Origin: Thalassobaculum sp.
GTDB taxonomy: Bacteria; Pseudomonadota; Alphaproteobacteria; Thalassobaculales; Thalassobaculaceae
Length of the DNA stretch: 64,000 bases
Assembly (NCBI RefSeq): GCF_040219615.1
Contig: NZ_JAVJSE010000029.1
Span: 214,717-278,716, forward strand
Direction of reading: 5' to 3'
The position numbers and the translations under genes were made by a program. The first letter of the stretch is position 1. Each line of letters opens with the position of its first letter. Shown here piece by piece: positions 1 through 10,866 of the stretch. The notes below the pieces were generated by a model. That model was given only the letters and a program-made list of their open reading frames with translations. It did no database searches and was not told where the DNA came from.

Positions 1-347
1 TGCTGTCGAACGACGAGCAGAAGCCGTGGGCGGAGGCCGTCAACCCGGTGTTCCCGACCATCGGCGGCACCAAGGGGACGCATGTGAACGTCTCCGGGAT
101 CGCCCTGTCGAAGTCGGCACCGAACCGCGACAACGCCGTCAAGCTGATGGAGTTCCTGTCCGGCAACGACGCCCAGGAGATCTACGCGACCGCCAACTAC
201 GAGTACCCGGTGAACCCGCAGGTGAAGTGGTCGCCGCTCGTCGAGTCCTGGGGCCGGTTCACGCCGGATGACCTGCCGCTGTCGGCGATCGCCGAGCTGC
301 GGGGCGCCGCCGTCAAGATGGTCGACCGGGTCGGCTACGACGGATGA
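1..347 (+). CDS. Iron(III)-type ABC transporter periplasmic substrate-binding protein, C-terminal part (5' end outside window)
   Basis: Frame is open from the window edge to TGA 345-347. The tail NDAQEIYATANYEYPVNP...GYDG resembles FbpA/AfuA-type SBPs. The stop overlaps the next start (ATGA). Confidence 0.7.
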   Translation, partial: LSNDEQKPWAEAVNPVFPTIGGTKGTHVNVSGIALSKSAPNRDNAVKLMEFLSGNDAQEIYATANYEYPVNPQVKWSPLVESWGRFTPDDLPLSAIAELRGAAVKMVDRVGYDG

Positions 348-2059
348 CGGCCGAGGCCGACGCCTTCCAGGGCGCCGGACCGGCACCCGAACTGTCCGCG
401 GCGGCGCCCATTGACGGGCGCCGCCGCTGGCATGTCGCGGCCCTGGCAACCGCCGGACTGGTCGCGATGCCGGTGCTCGCGATCGTCTGGAAGGCCCTCA
501 ATCCGACCGAGAACATCTGGCCGCACCTGGCGTCGACGGTGCTGCCCGGATACGTGCTCACGACCGTGCTGCTGATGCTCGGCGTCGGCGTCGGGACCTT
601 CGTCATCGGCACCGGCACCGCCTGGCTGGTCGCCATGTGCCGGTTCCCCGGCCGCGGCCTGTTCCAATGGGCCCTGCTGCTGCCGCTGGCGATGCCCGGC
701 TACCTGATCGCCTATGTCTACACCGACCTGCTGGAGTTCGCCGGCCCGCTGCAGAGCGTGCTGCGCGAGGTGTTCGGCTGGTCGACCAGGCGCGACTACT
801 GGTTCCCGGAGATCCGCTCGCTCGGCGGCGCCATCGCCATGCTGACCCTGGTGCTCTACCCCTATGTCTACGCCCTGGCGCGCGCCACCTTCCTGGAACA
901 GTCGATCTGCGTGCTGGAGGTCAGCCGGACCCTCGGCCGGGGCACCTGGCGGTCGCTGCGCGACGTCGCCCTGCCGCTCGCCCGGCCGGCGATCGCGGTC
1001 GGCGTGACCCTGGCCCTGATGGAGTGCCTGAACGACTTCGGCACCGTCGACTTCTTCGCGGTCCGGACGCTGACGGCCGGCGTGTTCGACGTCTGGCTGC
1101 GCATGGGCAACGCCGGCGGCGCCGCGCAGATCGCCCTGGTCATGCTGGCCTTCGTGGTGCTGCTGATCTGGGCCGAGCGGCGGTCGCGGGTTCGCCAGCG
1201 CTTCCATCACACCTCCTCGAAGCTGCGGCCGATCGAGGGCATCCCGCTGCACGGACGCAAGGCCTGGGCGGCCACAGTCGCCTGCACCCTGCCGGTCCTG
1301 CTCGGCTTCGCGGTGCCGGCCACGGTGCTGGCCGACTATGCCTTCACCAGCGAGGCGGCGCAGTGGTCGCCGGACTTCTTCCGGCACGCGTTGAACAGCC
1401 TGGGGCTGTCGGCCGCCGCGGCGCTGGTCGCGGTGGCGCTCGCCACCCTGCTGGCCTACGCCGCGCGCCAGCGGGCCGGCGGAATCGTGCACGCAGCCAT
1501 TCGCCTGGCCTCGGTCGGCTACGCGATCCCGGGCGCGGTCCTGGCGATCGGCGTGCTGATCCCGTTCGCCGCCTTCGACAACGCGGTCGACGGCTTCCTG
1601 CGCCAGACCGTCGGGATCTCGACCGGCCTGATCCTGAGCGGCACCGTGTCGGCCCTGGTGTTCGCCTACACGGTGCGCTTCCTGGCGGTCTCGCTGGGCG
1701 CGGTCGAGGCCGGGCTGGGTCGGATCACGCCGAGCATGGAGATGGCGGCGCGAACCCTCGGGCACGGCCCGTCGGCGACCCTGCGGCGACTGCATCTCCC
1801 GATGATCCGCGGCAGCCTGCTGACCGGCGGCCTGCTGGTGTTCGTCGACACCATGAAGGAACTGCCGGCGACGCTGGTGCTGCGGCCGTTCAACTTCGAC
1901 ACCCTGGCGACCTTCGTCTACCAGTACGCCTCGGACGAGCGGCTGGAGGCCTGCGCCCCGGCGGCCCTGGCGGTCGTCGCCGCCGGCATCCTGCCGGTCC
2001 TGCTGCTGGCCCGCAGCGTGGGCGCAGCGCGTCCCGGCCGTCGCGGTCGCGACGACTGA
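344..2059 (+). CDS. Iron ABC transporter permease, fused double transmembrane domain (FbpB-like)
   Basis: 571 aa, hydrophobic throughout, with two permease repeats. ATGA coupling to the SBP gene. Confidence 0.85.
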   Translation: MTAEADAFQGAGPAPELSAAAPIDGRRRWHVAALATAGLVAMPVLAIVWKALNPTENIWPHLASTVLPGYVLTTVLLMLGVGVGTFVIGTGTAWLVAMCRFPGRGLFQWALLLPLAMPGYLIAYVYTDLLEFAGPLQSVLREVFGWSTRRDYWFPEIRSLGGAIAMLTLVLYPYVYALARATFLEQSICVLEVSRTLGRGTWRSLRDVALPLARPAIAVGVTLALMECLNDFGTVDFFAVRTLTAGVFDVWLRMGNAGGAAQIALVMLAFVVLLIWAERRSRVRQRFHHTSSKLRPIEGIPLHGRKAWAATVACTLPVLLGFAVPATVLADYAFTSEAAQWSPDFFRHALNSLGLSAAAALVAVALATLLAYAARQRAGGIVHAAIRLASVGYAIPGAVLAIGVLIPFAAFDNAVDGFLRQTVGISTGLILSGTVSALVFAYTVRFLAVSLGAVEAGLGRITPSMEMAARTLGHGPSATLRRLHLPMIRGSLLTGGLLVFVDTMKELPATLVLRPFNFDTLATFVYQYASDERLEACAPAALAVVAAGILPVLLLARSVGAARPGRRGRDD

Positions 2060-2220
2060 GGGTTGCCGTCCGAGCGGCCCGCGGCAGCGGGCGCCGACCG
2101 GCGCAGGGTTGCGGTTTTCCCCAATAGCTCGAACTTCGCATAGGTGGCATTACACCGGCGTGCAGCGCATCCGGGATGCGCGCCCTCTCTGTCACATCAT
2201 GCAATGGAGGCTCGACGCCG

Positions 2221-2739
2221 ATGTCGAAGCTGTGGACCGCCATGCGCGGCGCGGCGATCGCCGCGACCGTCACCCTGATGGCCCTGACCGCCGCCGCAGA
2301 CCCGCTCCCGGCTCCGACCGGAACCGTAATCCTCGAGGTCACCGGGGCGATCGCCAACACCAACGCCGACGGCAAGGCGCGGTTCGATCGCGCAGCCCTC
2401 GAAGCGATGGCGACATCGGAGCTGTCGACCTCGACGCCCTGGACCAAGGGTGTCCAGCACTTCCAAGGCTTCCCGCTGTCCGCTCTGCTGTCGGTCGTCG
2501 GCTCGACCGGGCGCTCGATCAAGGCGATCGCCCTCAACGACTATTCCGCGATCCTGCCGGTCGAGGACTCGGTCGCCGCCGGCGCGTTCGTGGCGGTCCG
2601 CGCCAACGGCACGGCGATGTCGGTTCGCGACCGCGGCCCGCTGTGGATCGTCTTCCCGTACGACACCGATGCCCGCCTGACGACCGACGCCTATCTCAAC
2701 CGGTCGGTCTGGCAGATCAAAGAGCTCGTCGTTGACTGA
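2221..2739 (+). CDS. Secreted small protein, oxidoreductase molybdopterin-binding-fold-like (family call tentative)
   Basis: Start moved to ATG 2221, with GGAGG about 10 nt upstream. Signal peptide MSKLWTAMRGAAIAATVTLMALTAAA. Size of about 170 aa and position next to a sensor kinase recall Oxidored_molyb-only proteins. Confidence 0.5.
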   Translation: MSKLWTAMRGAAIAATVTLMALTAAADPLPAPTGTVILEVTGAIANTNADGKARFDRAALEAMATSELSTSTPWTKGVQHFQGFPLSALLSVVGSTGRSIKAIALNDYSAILPVEDSVAAGAFVAVRANGTAMSVRDRGPLWIVFPYDTDARLTTDAYLNRSVWQIKELVVD

Positions 2740-4642
2740 CGGCCCGCCGATCGAGCACCGCCCCAGGCAAACGCCGCTGACGGTGTTCGCCGTCGCTGTG
2801 CTCGCGGTCGCCATCGGGGCGGCCGCGCTGGCGATCTCGATCTATCTCGACCTGGAACGCGCGGTCACCACCCCGCGCGAGAACATCCAGTGGGCCGCCT
2901 ACCAGATCCAGGCCGAGCACATGCGGCTCATGCTGGCCGCCCGCGACGCCGAAGCCGGCCGGATCGACGTCGACGCGATCGACCAGCGCTACCAGATCTT
3001 CGTCAGCCGTGTCCTGATCCTGCGGGACGGCGACGCCTACGCCGCGATGCACAGCATTCCAGGCTACGAGGCGATGCTGACCCGGGCCGTCGACCTCATC
3101 CCGGTCGTCGATGCCGCGATCGCCGGCGGCGGCCAAGACGCCAGGGCCTATGCCGACATCGTCCAGCACCATCTGGGCGCCCTGACCGAACCCATGCAGC
3201 AGGTCGCCCTGAAAGCCGTGAGCACTGCGAGCCGGGAGCAGACCGAGCAACAACTGCAGCTCCGCGACACGGTCTTCTACCTGGTCGTCAGCCTGATCGT
3301 GATCGTCGCAGCCGCCATCGGCCTTGCCGGCGTCACGATGAAGCAGTTCGCGGCACTCGATACCGGCCGGCGCGATCTCTCCGTGGCCCTGTGGCGGGCC
3401 GAGGAATCCAGCCGGGCGAAGAGCCGGTTTCTCGCCGGCATGAGCCACGAGATGCGGACCCCCCTGAACGCCGTGATCGGCATGCTCCGAGAGATCAACT
3501 ACCGGACCTCCGACAACGGCATCCACCGCCTTGCCGGGATCGCTCACGCTTCGGCCGACATGCTCTGCGGGCTGGTCGACGACGTGCTGGACACCACCCG
3601 GATCGAAACCGGGAAGTTCCGGTTCCATAACGTCACCTTCGATCCGGCCGTCCTCGTCGAGGAGGTGACGTCGGTCCTGGCGAGCCGGGCCGAGGACCGC
3701 GGCAACACTGTGGCCGTCGAGATCGAGGCGCCGGCGGGCCGGTACGTGACTACCGACCGCGCGCGCCTCAAGCAGGTCCTGGTGAACCTGCTCGGCAACG
3801 CGATCAAGTACACCGCCGACGGTACCATCACCCTGCGCGCCTCGGTCGCGCCGGGTGCCGACGACACCACCTTGCTGCGGGTGATGGTGGCCGATACCGG
3901 TATCGGCATTCCGGCCGACCAGCACGAGAGGATCTTCGGCCGGTTCTTCCAGGCCGGCACCAATGACGGCCTCGGCCTCGGCCTGTCGATCACCCGCGAG
4001 ATCATAGAGCGTCTCGGCGGCCGGATCGGCGTCGACAGCACGCCGGGCGAGGGCAGCACCTTCTGGTTCGAGGTTCCGGTTGCGGTTTCCGACACCGCGC
4101 CGAAGCCGGCCGCCGATCCACGGGTCCGCGACCGCCTGGCCGGCGTCCGTCTCCTGCTCGCCGAGGACAACGCGACCAACCGGCAGGTCATCCGCCTGCT
4201 GCTGGAACGTCAGGGAGCTGCGTTCGATTTCGCGCTAAACGGCGAACAGGCCGTCGCGATGGCGCTCGCGGACGCGTACGATCTGATCCTGATGGACATC
4301 AACATGCCAGTGATGGACGGCCTGCAGGCATTGGCCGAGATCCAGCGGCGCAGCGGACGCTCCGCGCCGCCGGTCGTGGCCCTCACGGCCGACGCCCTGG
4401 CCGAGGACCACGAGCGGTTCCGGGCCGCCGGCATGGTGGCCTGCGTGACCAAGCCGATCGACGAGACCGAACTCCTGGCGACGATCGCGACGGTGCTGCG
4501 TCGGCCTGACATCGTGTCCGGCGACGGTATCGCCCTGCCACCCGCCGTTCCCCCTCGGGCCGAGGCACAGTTGACCAGCGGCCAGCGCGAGGCCGTCCTG
4601 AGCCTGATCTCGGCGCTCCACGACGAGGAGGACGAGCCGTGA
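2732..4642 (+). CDS. Hybrid sensor histidine kinase (HisKA-HATPase-REC)
   Basis: Two TM segments flank a helical loop of about 150 aa. H-box SHEMRTPLN; N/G boxes LLGNAIKYT, DTGIGI, GLGLSI. C-terminal receiver LLAEDN...DLILMDINMP. Confidence 0.9.
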   Translation: MTDGPPIEHRPRQTPLTVFAVAVLAVAIGAAALAISIYLDLERAVTTPRENIQWAAYQIQAEHMRLMLAARDAEAGRIDVDAIDQRYQIFVSRVLILRDGDAYAAMHSIPGYEAMLTRAVDLIPVVDAAIAGGGQDARAYADIVQHHLGALTEPMQQVALKAVSTASREQTEQQLQLRDTVFYLVVSLIVIVAAAIGLAGVTMKQFAALDTGRRDLSVALWRAEESSRAKSRFLAGMSHEMRTPLNAVIGMLREINYRTSDNGIHRLAGIAHASADMLCGLVDDVLDTTRIETGKFRFHNVTFDPAVLVEEVTSVLASRAEDRGNTVAVEIEAPAGRYVTTDRARLKQVLVNLLGNAIKYTADGTITLRASVAPGADDTTLLRVMVADTGIGIPADQHERIFGRFFQAGTNDGLGLGLSITREIIERLGGRIGVDSTPGEGSTFWFEVPVAVSDTAPKPAADPRVRDRLAGVRLLLAEDNATNRQVIRLLLERQGAAFDFALNGEQAVAMALADAYDLILMDINMPVMDGLQALAEIQRRSGRSAPPVVALTADALAEDHERFRAAGMVACVTKPIDETELLATIATVLRRPDIVSGDGIALPPAVPPRAEAQLTSGQREAVLSLISALHDEEDEP

Positions 4643-5586
4643 CGATGCAGACCGGCCGCCGACAGGACGACGCCCTGACCGGACGATCCGCCCTGCTGAT
4701 CGACGACAACGCCTTCATGCGCCGCCTGGTGCGATCGCTGCTGCGACAATTCGGATTCGATGACATCCATGAGGCGGCCGACGGGTCCGAGGCCCTGCTG
4801 CGGGTCACGGAGCGGCAGTTCGACGTCATCGTCTGCGACTGGATGATGGAGCCGACCGACGGCTATGCCTTCGTGCGGTCGCTGCGCCAGCATGCGGTTC
4901 CGGCGGTCCAGACGCTGCCCGTCGTGATGCTGACCGCCGTGGCGGCCCAGAACAAGGTGATGGCGGCCCGCGACGCCGGCGTGACCGAGTATCTCGTCAA
5001 GCCGGTCTCGTCCGGCAAGCTCCGGGCCCGTCTGATCGCCGCCCTGATCCGGCCGCGCGACTTCGTGGTCGCCGACGACTATGTCGGCCCCGATCGCCGG
5101 CGCCGGGACGACGTCGAGTACCAGGGCACCCGCCGCCGCCTAAGCGACCGGCTGCGGTCGTTGACCGACGAGGAAGGCGAGGACTGGGCGAATGCCGCGG
5201 CCAACTACGCCACCGTGCTGCGCGGCGATATCGAGCGGATGCAGGTCGAACTCGCCGGCATCGCCGCCGATGCCCGGCCGTCCTTCGAGGCCTGGCGCAG
5301 CGTTCACCGGATGGCCCACGACCTGAAGGGCCAGGCGCCGACCTTCGGCTATGTCGCCGCGGCCGAGATCGCGGGAAGCCTGGAGCGTCTCCTGCGGCCG
5401 GCGATGCAGGCGCCGGACATGCTGGAGCGGGCGGGCGAGCGACGCCTGCGGGCAGGCAAGACCCATGTCGAAGCGTTGAGCCTGATTCTGGAACAGGGCA
5501 TCACCGGGCGCAGTCCCGAGACCGACGCCCTGGCCGAACGGCTGAACCGGACGGTCGAACGCGTGCACCGGGAGTCGCTGCTCTGA
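4639..5586 (+). CDS. Receiver (REC) plus C-terminal Hpt phosphotransfer protein
   Basis: N-terminal REC (LLIDDN...DVIVCDWMM). C-terminal HRMAHDLKGQAPTFG matches the Hpt HxxKG motif. GTGA overlap with the kinase stop. Confidence 0.8.
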   Translation: MTMQTGRRQDDALTGRSALLIDDNAFMRRLVRSLLRQFGFDDIHEAADGSEALLRVTERQFDVIVCDWMMEPTDGYAFVRSLRQHAVPAVQTLPVVMLTAVAAQNKVMAARDAGVTEYLVKPVSSGKLRARLIAALIRPRDFVVADDYVGPDRRRRDDVEYQGTRRRLSDRLRSLTDEEGEDWANAAANYATVLRGDIERMQVELAGIAADARPSFEAWRSVHRMAHDLKGQAPTFGYVAAAEIAGSLERLLRPAMQAPDMLERAGERRLRAGKTHVEALSLILEQGITGRSPETDALAERLNRTVERVHRESLL

Positions 5587-5595
5587 CCGGACGGG

Positions 5596-5781
5596 TCAAC
5601 CGATCCCGAACGAGGCGCAGAGGGTGATCCACAGGCCGGACAGCTTGTTCGCGGCGACGCTGACCGGGAACACCGCCAACCCGCCGGCGATCATCAGGCA
5701 GAACAGCAGCACCATCACCGCGTCCAGGCGGCGGTCCCTCGACCGACCGGTCCCCGTCTCCTGCCCTGATCGATCCGCCAT
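5596..5781 (-). CDS. Small hypothetical membrane protein (weak call)
   Basis: 61-aa ORF with a hydrophobic core (VMVLLFCLMIAGGLAVFPVSVAA). Lies 15 nt downstream of the oxidoreductase stop on the same strand. No recognisable family. Confidence 0.25.
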   Translation of the reverse strand: MADRSGQETGTGRSRDRRLDAVMVLLFCLMIAGGLAVFPVSVAANKLSGLWITLCASFGIG

Positions 5782-5796
5782 CGCCGATCTCTCCGA

Positions 5797-7167
5797 TCAT
5801 CCGGTCGCGCGGTGCCGGAGCTCCTGCCACCGATCGCCCGCACCATACCATAGATAGGCGCCCGCGAGCGCCAGTCGACGCAGGGCCGACACCGCGAAGC
5901 GCGGCGGCAGCCCCCTCAGCACCGCCGGGACGGCCGGTGCTGCGTCCCCGAGGGCGATGCGGTCGGCCAGGGTCCTGCCGGCCATCGGCGCCGCCGCCAC
6001 CCCGGCGGCGTGATAGCCGAGCGCGTAGTGCACCCCCGGATCGTCGTCCAGGCTGCCGATCGACGGGGCCAGCTTGCGCGACATCGCCACCAGCCCGCGC
6101 CAGCGGTATTCGACCTCGATCCCGGCCCAGCTCGGGAACAGTTCGCCGAGCCGGCGCTCCATCCAGGCCTGGGTCCGGGCCGCCGCGTCCGGCGATCCGG
6201 CGGTATCGCCGCGCGCGCCGAACAGCAGCCGCCGGTCCGGCAGCAGGCGGTAATAGAACAGCAGCGACCGCGCGTTCACCACGCCGGTCTCGGTGTGCCA
6301 GGACTCCGCCGCCAGTTCGCCGGCGGTCAGCGGCCGCGTCACCAGGATGTTGGAGATCGCCGGCAGCATCCGCGCGTCGAACGCCGGGTGCAGGCCGTCG
6401 GGCGTCCAGCCGTTGGTCGCCACCACCACGTGGCGGACCCGCACCGACGCGCCGCCGGCGGTGACCAGCCGGTGCCCGCCTCCCTCGCGCTCCCAGCGCA
6501 CCACCGGGCTGTCGCCGTAGATCCGCGCACCGCGCCGCCGGGCCGCCCGCAGCAGGCCGAGCGCATAGGCCAGCGGATGCAGGGCGAAGCCGGCGCCGAT
6601 GTGGACGCCGCCGAACTGCTCGGTGCCGCCATGGCCGATCGCCGCGAACCCGGCGCGGTCGAGGATCCGGACCGGCACGCCGACCAGGTCGTTCAGCTGG
6701 CGGGCGTTCTCGACCAGGCCCGCCAGCCGGGCCGGATGGTCCGCGACCTCCAGGTTGCCGTCGCCCTGGGCCCGGACGTCGAAGCCCTCCGCCGCCGGGA
6801 GATCGCGCGCCATGTCGCAGCCGGCGATCGCCCAGCGGTATCAGCCGGCGGTCTCTTCGCGGCCCCAGCGCCGGATCATCTGCGGGATCGAGGCCTTGGC
6901 CGGCGGGATGCAGACCAACCCGCCGTTGCGTCCCGACGCGCCCCAGCCCGGCGCCCCGGCGTTCAGCACCACCGCCTCGATGCCATGATCGCGCGCCAGA
7001 TGCAGGGCGCAAGACAGCCCGGTGAAGCCGGCGCCGACGATCGCCACCTCGGCGGTCTCGTCGCCGGCCAGCCGCGGCGCCGCCGGCCGCTCGACGGTCG
7101 CCTCCCAGTAGGACGGCTCGACCCGGTCGTGGCGGTACAACGACGCGTCGAACACCCGGCCGGTCAT
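5797..7167 (-). pseudogene. FAD-dependent oxidoreductase (DAO/PuuB-like) interrupted by one in-frame TGA at 6841-6843
   Basis: The N-terminal piece 6841-7167 carries VAIVGAGFTGLS...GASGRNGG. The C-terminal piece 5797-6813 is in the same frame. Nine sense codons (YRWAIAGCD) bridge the stop and the next Met. Confidence 0.75.
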
Positions 7168-7260
7168 GCGCGCGCAATTCCGCTGATGCGCGGCCCGCGC
7201 GACTCGGCCAGTGTGTCGGGCTGCATCGATCCGGTCCGGGTGGAAGGAACTCCGAGGAGC

Positions 7261-8436
7261 ATGGCACTCGTCCGTGGTTTCGCCGATCCGGTCGCGGTCC
7301 GGTTGGCCCTGTTCTACACCGCCTACTTCGCGGTTGCAGGCGTGATGCTGCCGTACTGGCCGGCCTGGCTGGAAGGGCGCGGGCTGGACCCGGTGACCAT
7401 CGGCGCGGTGCTTGCGGTCGGGTTCTGGGTCAAGCTGGCCGCCCAGCCGGCAATGGCGGCGGTCGCCGACGCCACCGGCAGGCTGCGCGGCCTGGTGATC
7501 CTGCTGGCGGCCGGTGCCCTGCTGGTCTACGCCGGCTTCGGCTGGGCCGGGGACCGCTGGCATTATCTCGTGCTGGCGGCCCTCGCCGGAATCACCATCC
7601 AGACCATCATGCCGCTCGGCGAGGCGCTGTCGCTGGCGGAGATCCGCGACCGCGGCCTGGACTACGGCCGGATCCGGATCTGGGGCTCGGTCGCCTTCAT
7701 CGCCGCCGCCGCCGCCGGCGGCTGGGCGATCGATCATTTCCGCACCGCGGTCGTCCTGCCGATGGCACTGGCCGCTCTGGTCGCGCTGGTGGCCGCGGCC
7801 GCCTTCCTGCCGCGTCGCCGGGCCCGGGCCGGCCGGCCGTGGTCGTGGTCCGCCGCCGCCCGCCTGGTCGCCGACCGGCGCTTCCTGGCGTTCGTGGCGG
7901 CCGCCGGCGCCGCCCAAGCCAGCCACAGCGTGTTCTACGGCTTCGGCACCATCGCCTGGCGGAAGATCGGCTTCGACGACACCGTGATCGGCGGGTTGTG
8001 GACCATCGGCGTGCTGGCCGAGATCGTGCTGTTCTGGGTGGCCGGCCGGCTCGGCCGGTTCGGCAGTGCCCCGGTCCTGCTGGCGGTCGCCGGGATCGGC
8101 GTGCTGGTGCGCTGGCCGCTGACCGCGATCGCCGACACGGTGGCGGTGGCGGCACCCTTGCAGGTGCTGCACGCCCTGACCTTCGGGGCCGCCCATCTCG
8201 GCGCCATGCGGTTCCTGCAGGACAACGCCCCGCCCGGGCTCGAGGCCACCGCCCAAGCGCTGTACTACGCGCTGGTGACCGGCGTGCTGATGGGAGTGTG
8301 CATGCCGGGCGCCGGGCTGCTGTACGACAGCGTCGGGATCGCCGCCTACCACGCCATGGGGCTGCTGGGCCTGGTCACGCTCGCGGCGACCGGCCTGCTC
8401 GTCCGGTTCAGCCGCCCCGGTGCGCCCGCCGCATGA
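7261..8436 (+). CDS. MFS transporter (MFS_1_like / HcaT-like)
   Basis: 391 aa with about 12 hydrophobic segments. ATG 7261 is divergent from the oxidoreductase start. Confidence 0.8.
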   Translation: MALVRGFADPVAVRLALFYTAYFAVAGVMLPYWPAWLEGRGLDPVTIGAVLAVGFWVKLAAQPAMAAVADATGRLRGLVILLAAGALLVYAGFGWAGDRWHYLVLAALAGITIQTIMPLGEALSLAEIRDRGLDYGRIRIWGSVAFIAAAAAGGWAIDHFRTAVVLPMALAALVALVAAAAFLPRRRARAGRPWSWSAAARLVADRRFLAFVAAAGAAQASHSVFYGFGTIAWRKIGFDDTVIGGLWTIGVLAEIVLFWVAGRLGRFGSAPVLLAVAGIGVLVRWPLTAIADTVAVAAPLQVLHALTFGAAHLGAMRFLQDNAPPGLEATAQALYYALVTGVLMGVCMPGAGLLYDSVGIAAYHAMGLLGLVTLAATGLLVRFSRPGAPAA

Positions 8437-8944
8437 TCGGCGCCGCGCCGATCGAGGCGACGACCGCGATCGCGCCCAGGCCGAGCAGCTTGAAGGTCGC
8501 CCAGCTCTCGGTCGACAGCGACCGCCACGCCACCTCGTTGGCCGCGGCCATCACCAAGAAGACTCCCATCCAGTACAGCGTGAGTTGGCGCCAGCCACGG
8601 TCGTCGAGATCCAGCATCGAACCGAGCATGATCTTCAACAGATAGCGGCGCATCAGCAGGCCGACGCCCAGTGCCGCCGCCGAGAGCAGGCTGGCGACCG
8701 TCGGCTTGATCTTGATGAAGAACTCGTCCTCGAAGATCAGGGTGAGGCCGCCGAACACCGAGATCAGCACGGCGCCGATCACCGGCAGCCAGGGTACCCG
8801 GCGCTCCTTGAACATGGCCCAAACGACCGCAGCGACCGTGGCCGCGATCAGGACGCCGGTCGCCACCATGATGTCGTATGCGTAGTTGCAGGCAACGAAC
8901 AGGACCAGCGGTCCATATTCGGTCAGCGCACGTGTTCGCGTCAC
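8408..8944 (-). CDS. yciB: Intracellular septation protein A (YciB/IspZ family)
   Basis: GTG start at 8944. 178 aa with five hydrophobic helices and the FFIKIKPT motif typical of YciB. Sits immediately downstream of dusA. Confidence 0.8.
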   Translation of the reverse strand: MTRTRALTEYGPLVLFVACNYAYDIMVATGVLIAATVAAVVWAMFKERRVPWLPVIGAVLISVFGGLTLIFEDEFFIKIKPTVASLLSAAALGVGLLMRRYLLKIMLGSMLDLDDRGWRQLTLYWMGVFLVMAAANEVAWRSLSTESWATFKLLGLGAIAVVASIGAAPIMRRAHRGG

Positions 8945-8963
8945 CGGGGGTTCCTTTTCGAAT

Positions 8964-9980
<1,017 letters not shown>

Positions 9981-10119
9981 CCATGTACGACGTGTGGCGC
10001 TTCGGGAAAAGCTCGAACCCCGGCGGTGCCCGCCGGTTGCACGGCACGAAGCGGTTGGCAAGCGCGGCCTGAAGGCCAAAGATCGCCGCGATCCCCTCCA
10101 CGACAGCCGGAGTCCCGAC

Positions 10120-10776
10120 ATGCCGACCGTCGCCTGCAACGCCGGCCTGCGCTTCGAGATCGTACCCGCGACCACGGCGCTGCTCGCGATCGACCTGCAG
10201 CGCGACTTCCTGGACCCGGACGGCTTCGTCGCGGCGGCCGGCGACGACGTCTCGGCGATGCGGGCCGTTGTCCCCAACGCGGTGGCGCTGATCGCCGCCG
10301 CGCGCGCCGCCGGCTTGACCCTGCTGCACACCCGCGAGGGCTACGCGCCCGACCTGTCCGACATGCATCCCCTGAAGCGCGAGCGCGGGGTCGCCGGCCG
10401 CGCGGGGCCGCTCGGCCGCTTCCTGATCCGCGGCGAGCCGGGTCACGGCCACATTGCCGAATGCCTGCCCGCGCCGGGCGAGACGATCGTCGACAAGCCG
10501 GGCTTCGGAAGCTTCTACCGGACCGGCCTCGAGGACCTGCTGCGCGGGCGCGGGATCGAGCGGCTGGTCCTGCTCGGGGTGACCACCCAGTGCTGCGTCT
10601 CGTCGACCCTGCGGGAGGCGGTCGACCGCGGCTTCCGCTGCCTGGTGGTCGAGGACGCCTGCGCCGCGACCACGCCGGAGCTGCACAAGGCCTCGATCGA
10701 GCCGATCTACGGCGAGAACAACCTGTTCGGCTGGGTCAGCGATACACGCCGGGTGCTGGCCGCCCTGCGCCGCTGA
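10120..10776 (+). CDS. Cysteine hydrolase / isochorismatase family protein
   Basis: D-K-C triad context: AIDLQRDF, VDKPGFGSF, GVTTQCCV. Confidence 0.8.
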   Translation: MPTVACNAGLRFEIVPATTALLAIDLQRDFLDPDGFVAAAGDDVSAMRAVVPNAVALIAAARAAGLTLLHTREGYAPDLSDMHPLKRERGVAGRAGPLGRFLIRGEPGHGHIAECLPAPGETIVDKPGFGSFYRTGLEDLLRGRGIERLVLLGVTTQCCVSSTLREAVDRGFRCLVVEDACAATTPELHKASIEPIYGENNLFGWVSDTRRVLAALRR

Positions 10777-10796
10777 CCGGACCGACGAACGAGCAA

Positions 10797-10824
10797 GGGC
10801 GCCACGGCCGAGCCGGTGGCGCCC
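10797..10824. terminator. GC-rich hairpin between convergent genes
   Basis: Stem GGGCGCCAC / GTGGCGCCC (9 bp) with a 10-nt loop. No clear U-tract. Confidence 0.45.
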
Positions 10825-10866
10825 CTCGTCGTGGACCCGGACTTGCCGGGCCGGTCGACCGAATAC

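Noticed and set aside
6841-6843. Selenocysteine recoding of the in-frame TGA in the FAD oxidoreductase
   Set aside because: DAO/PuuB-type enzymes are not known selenoproteins. I saw no obvious stem-loop immediately 3' of the codon. It is kept as a pseudogene or sequence-error hypothesis, but not formally excluded.
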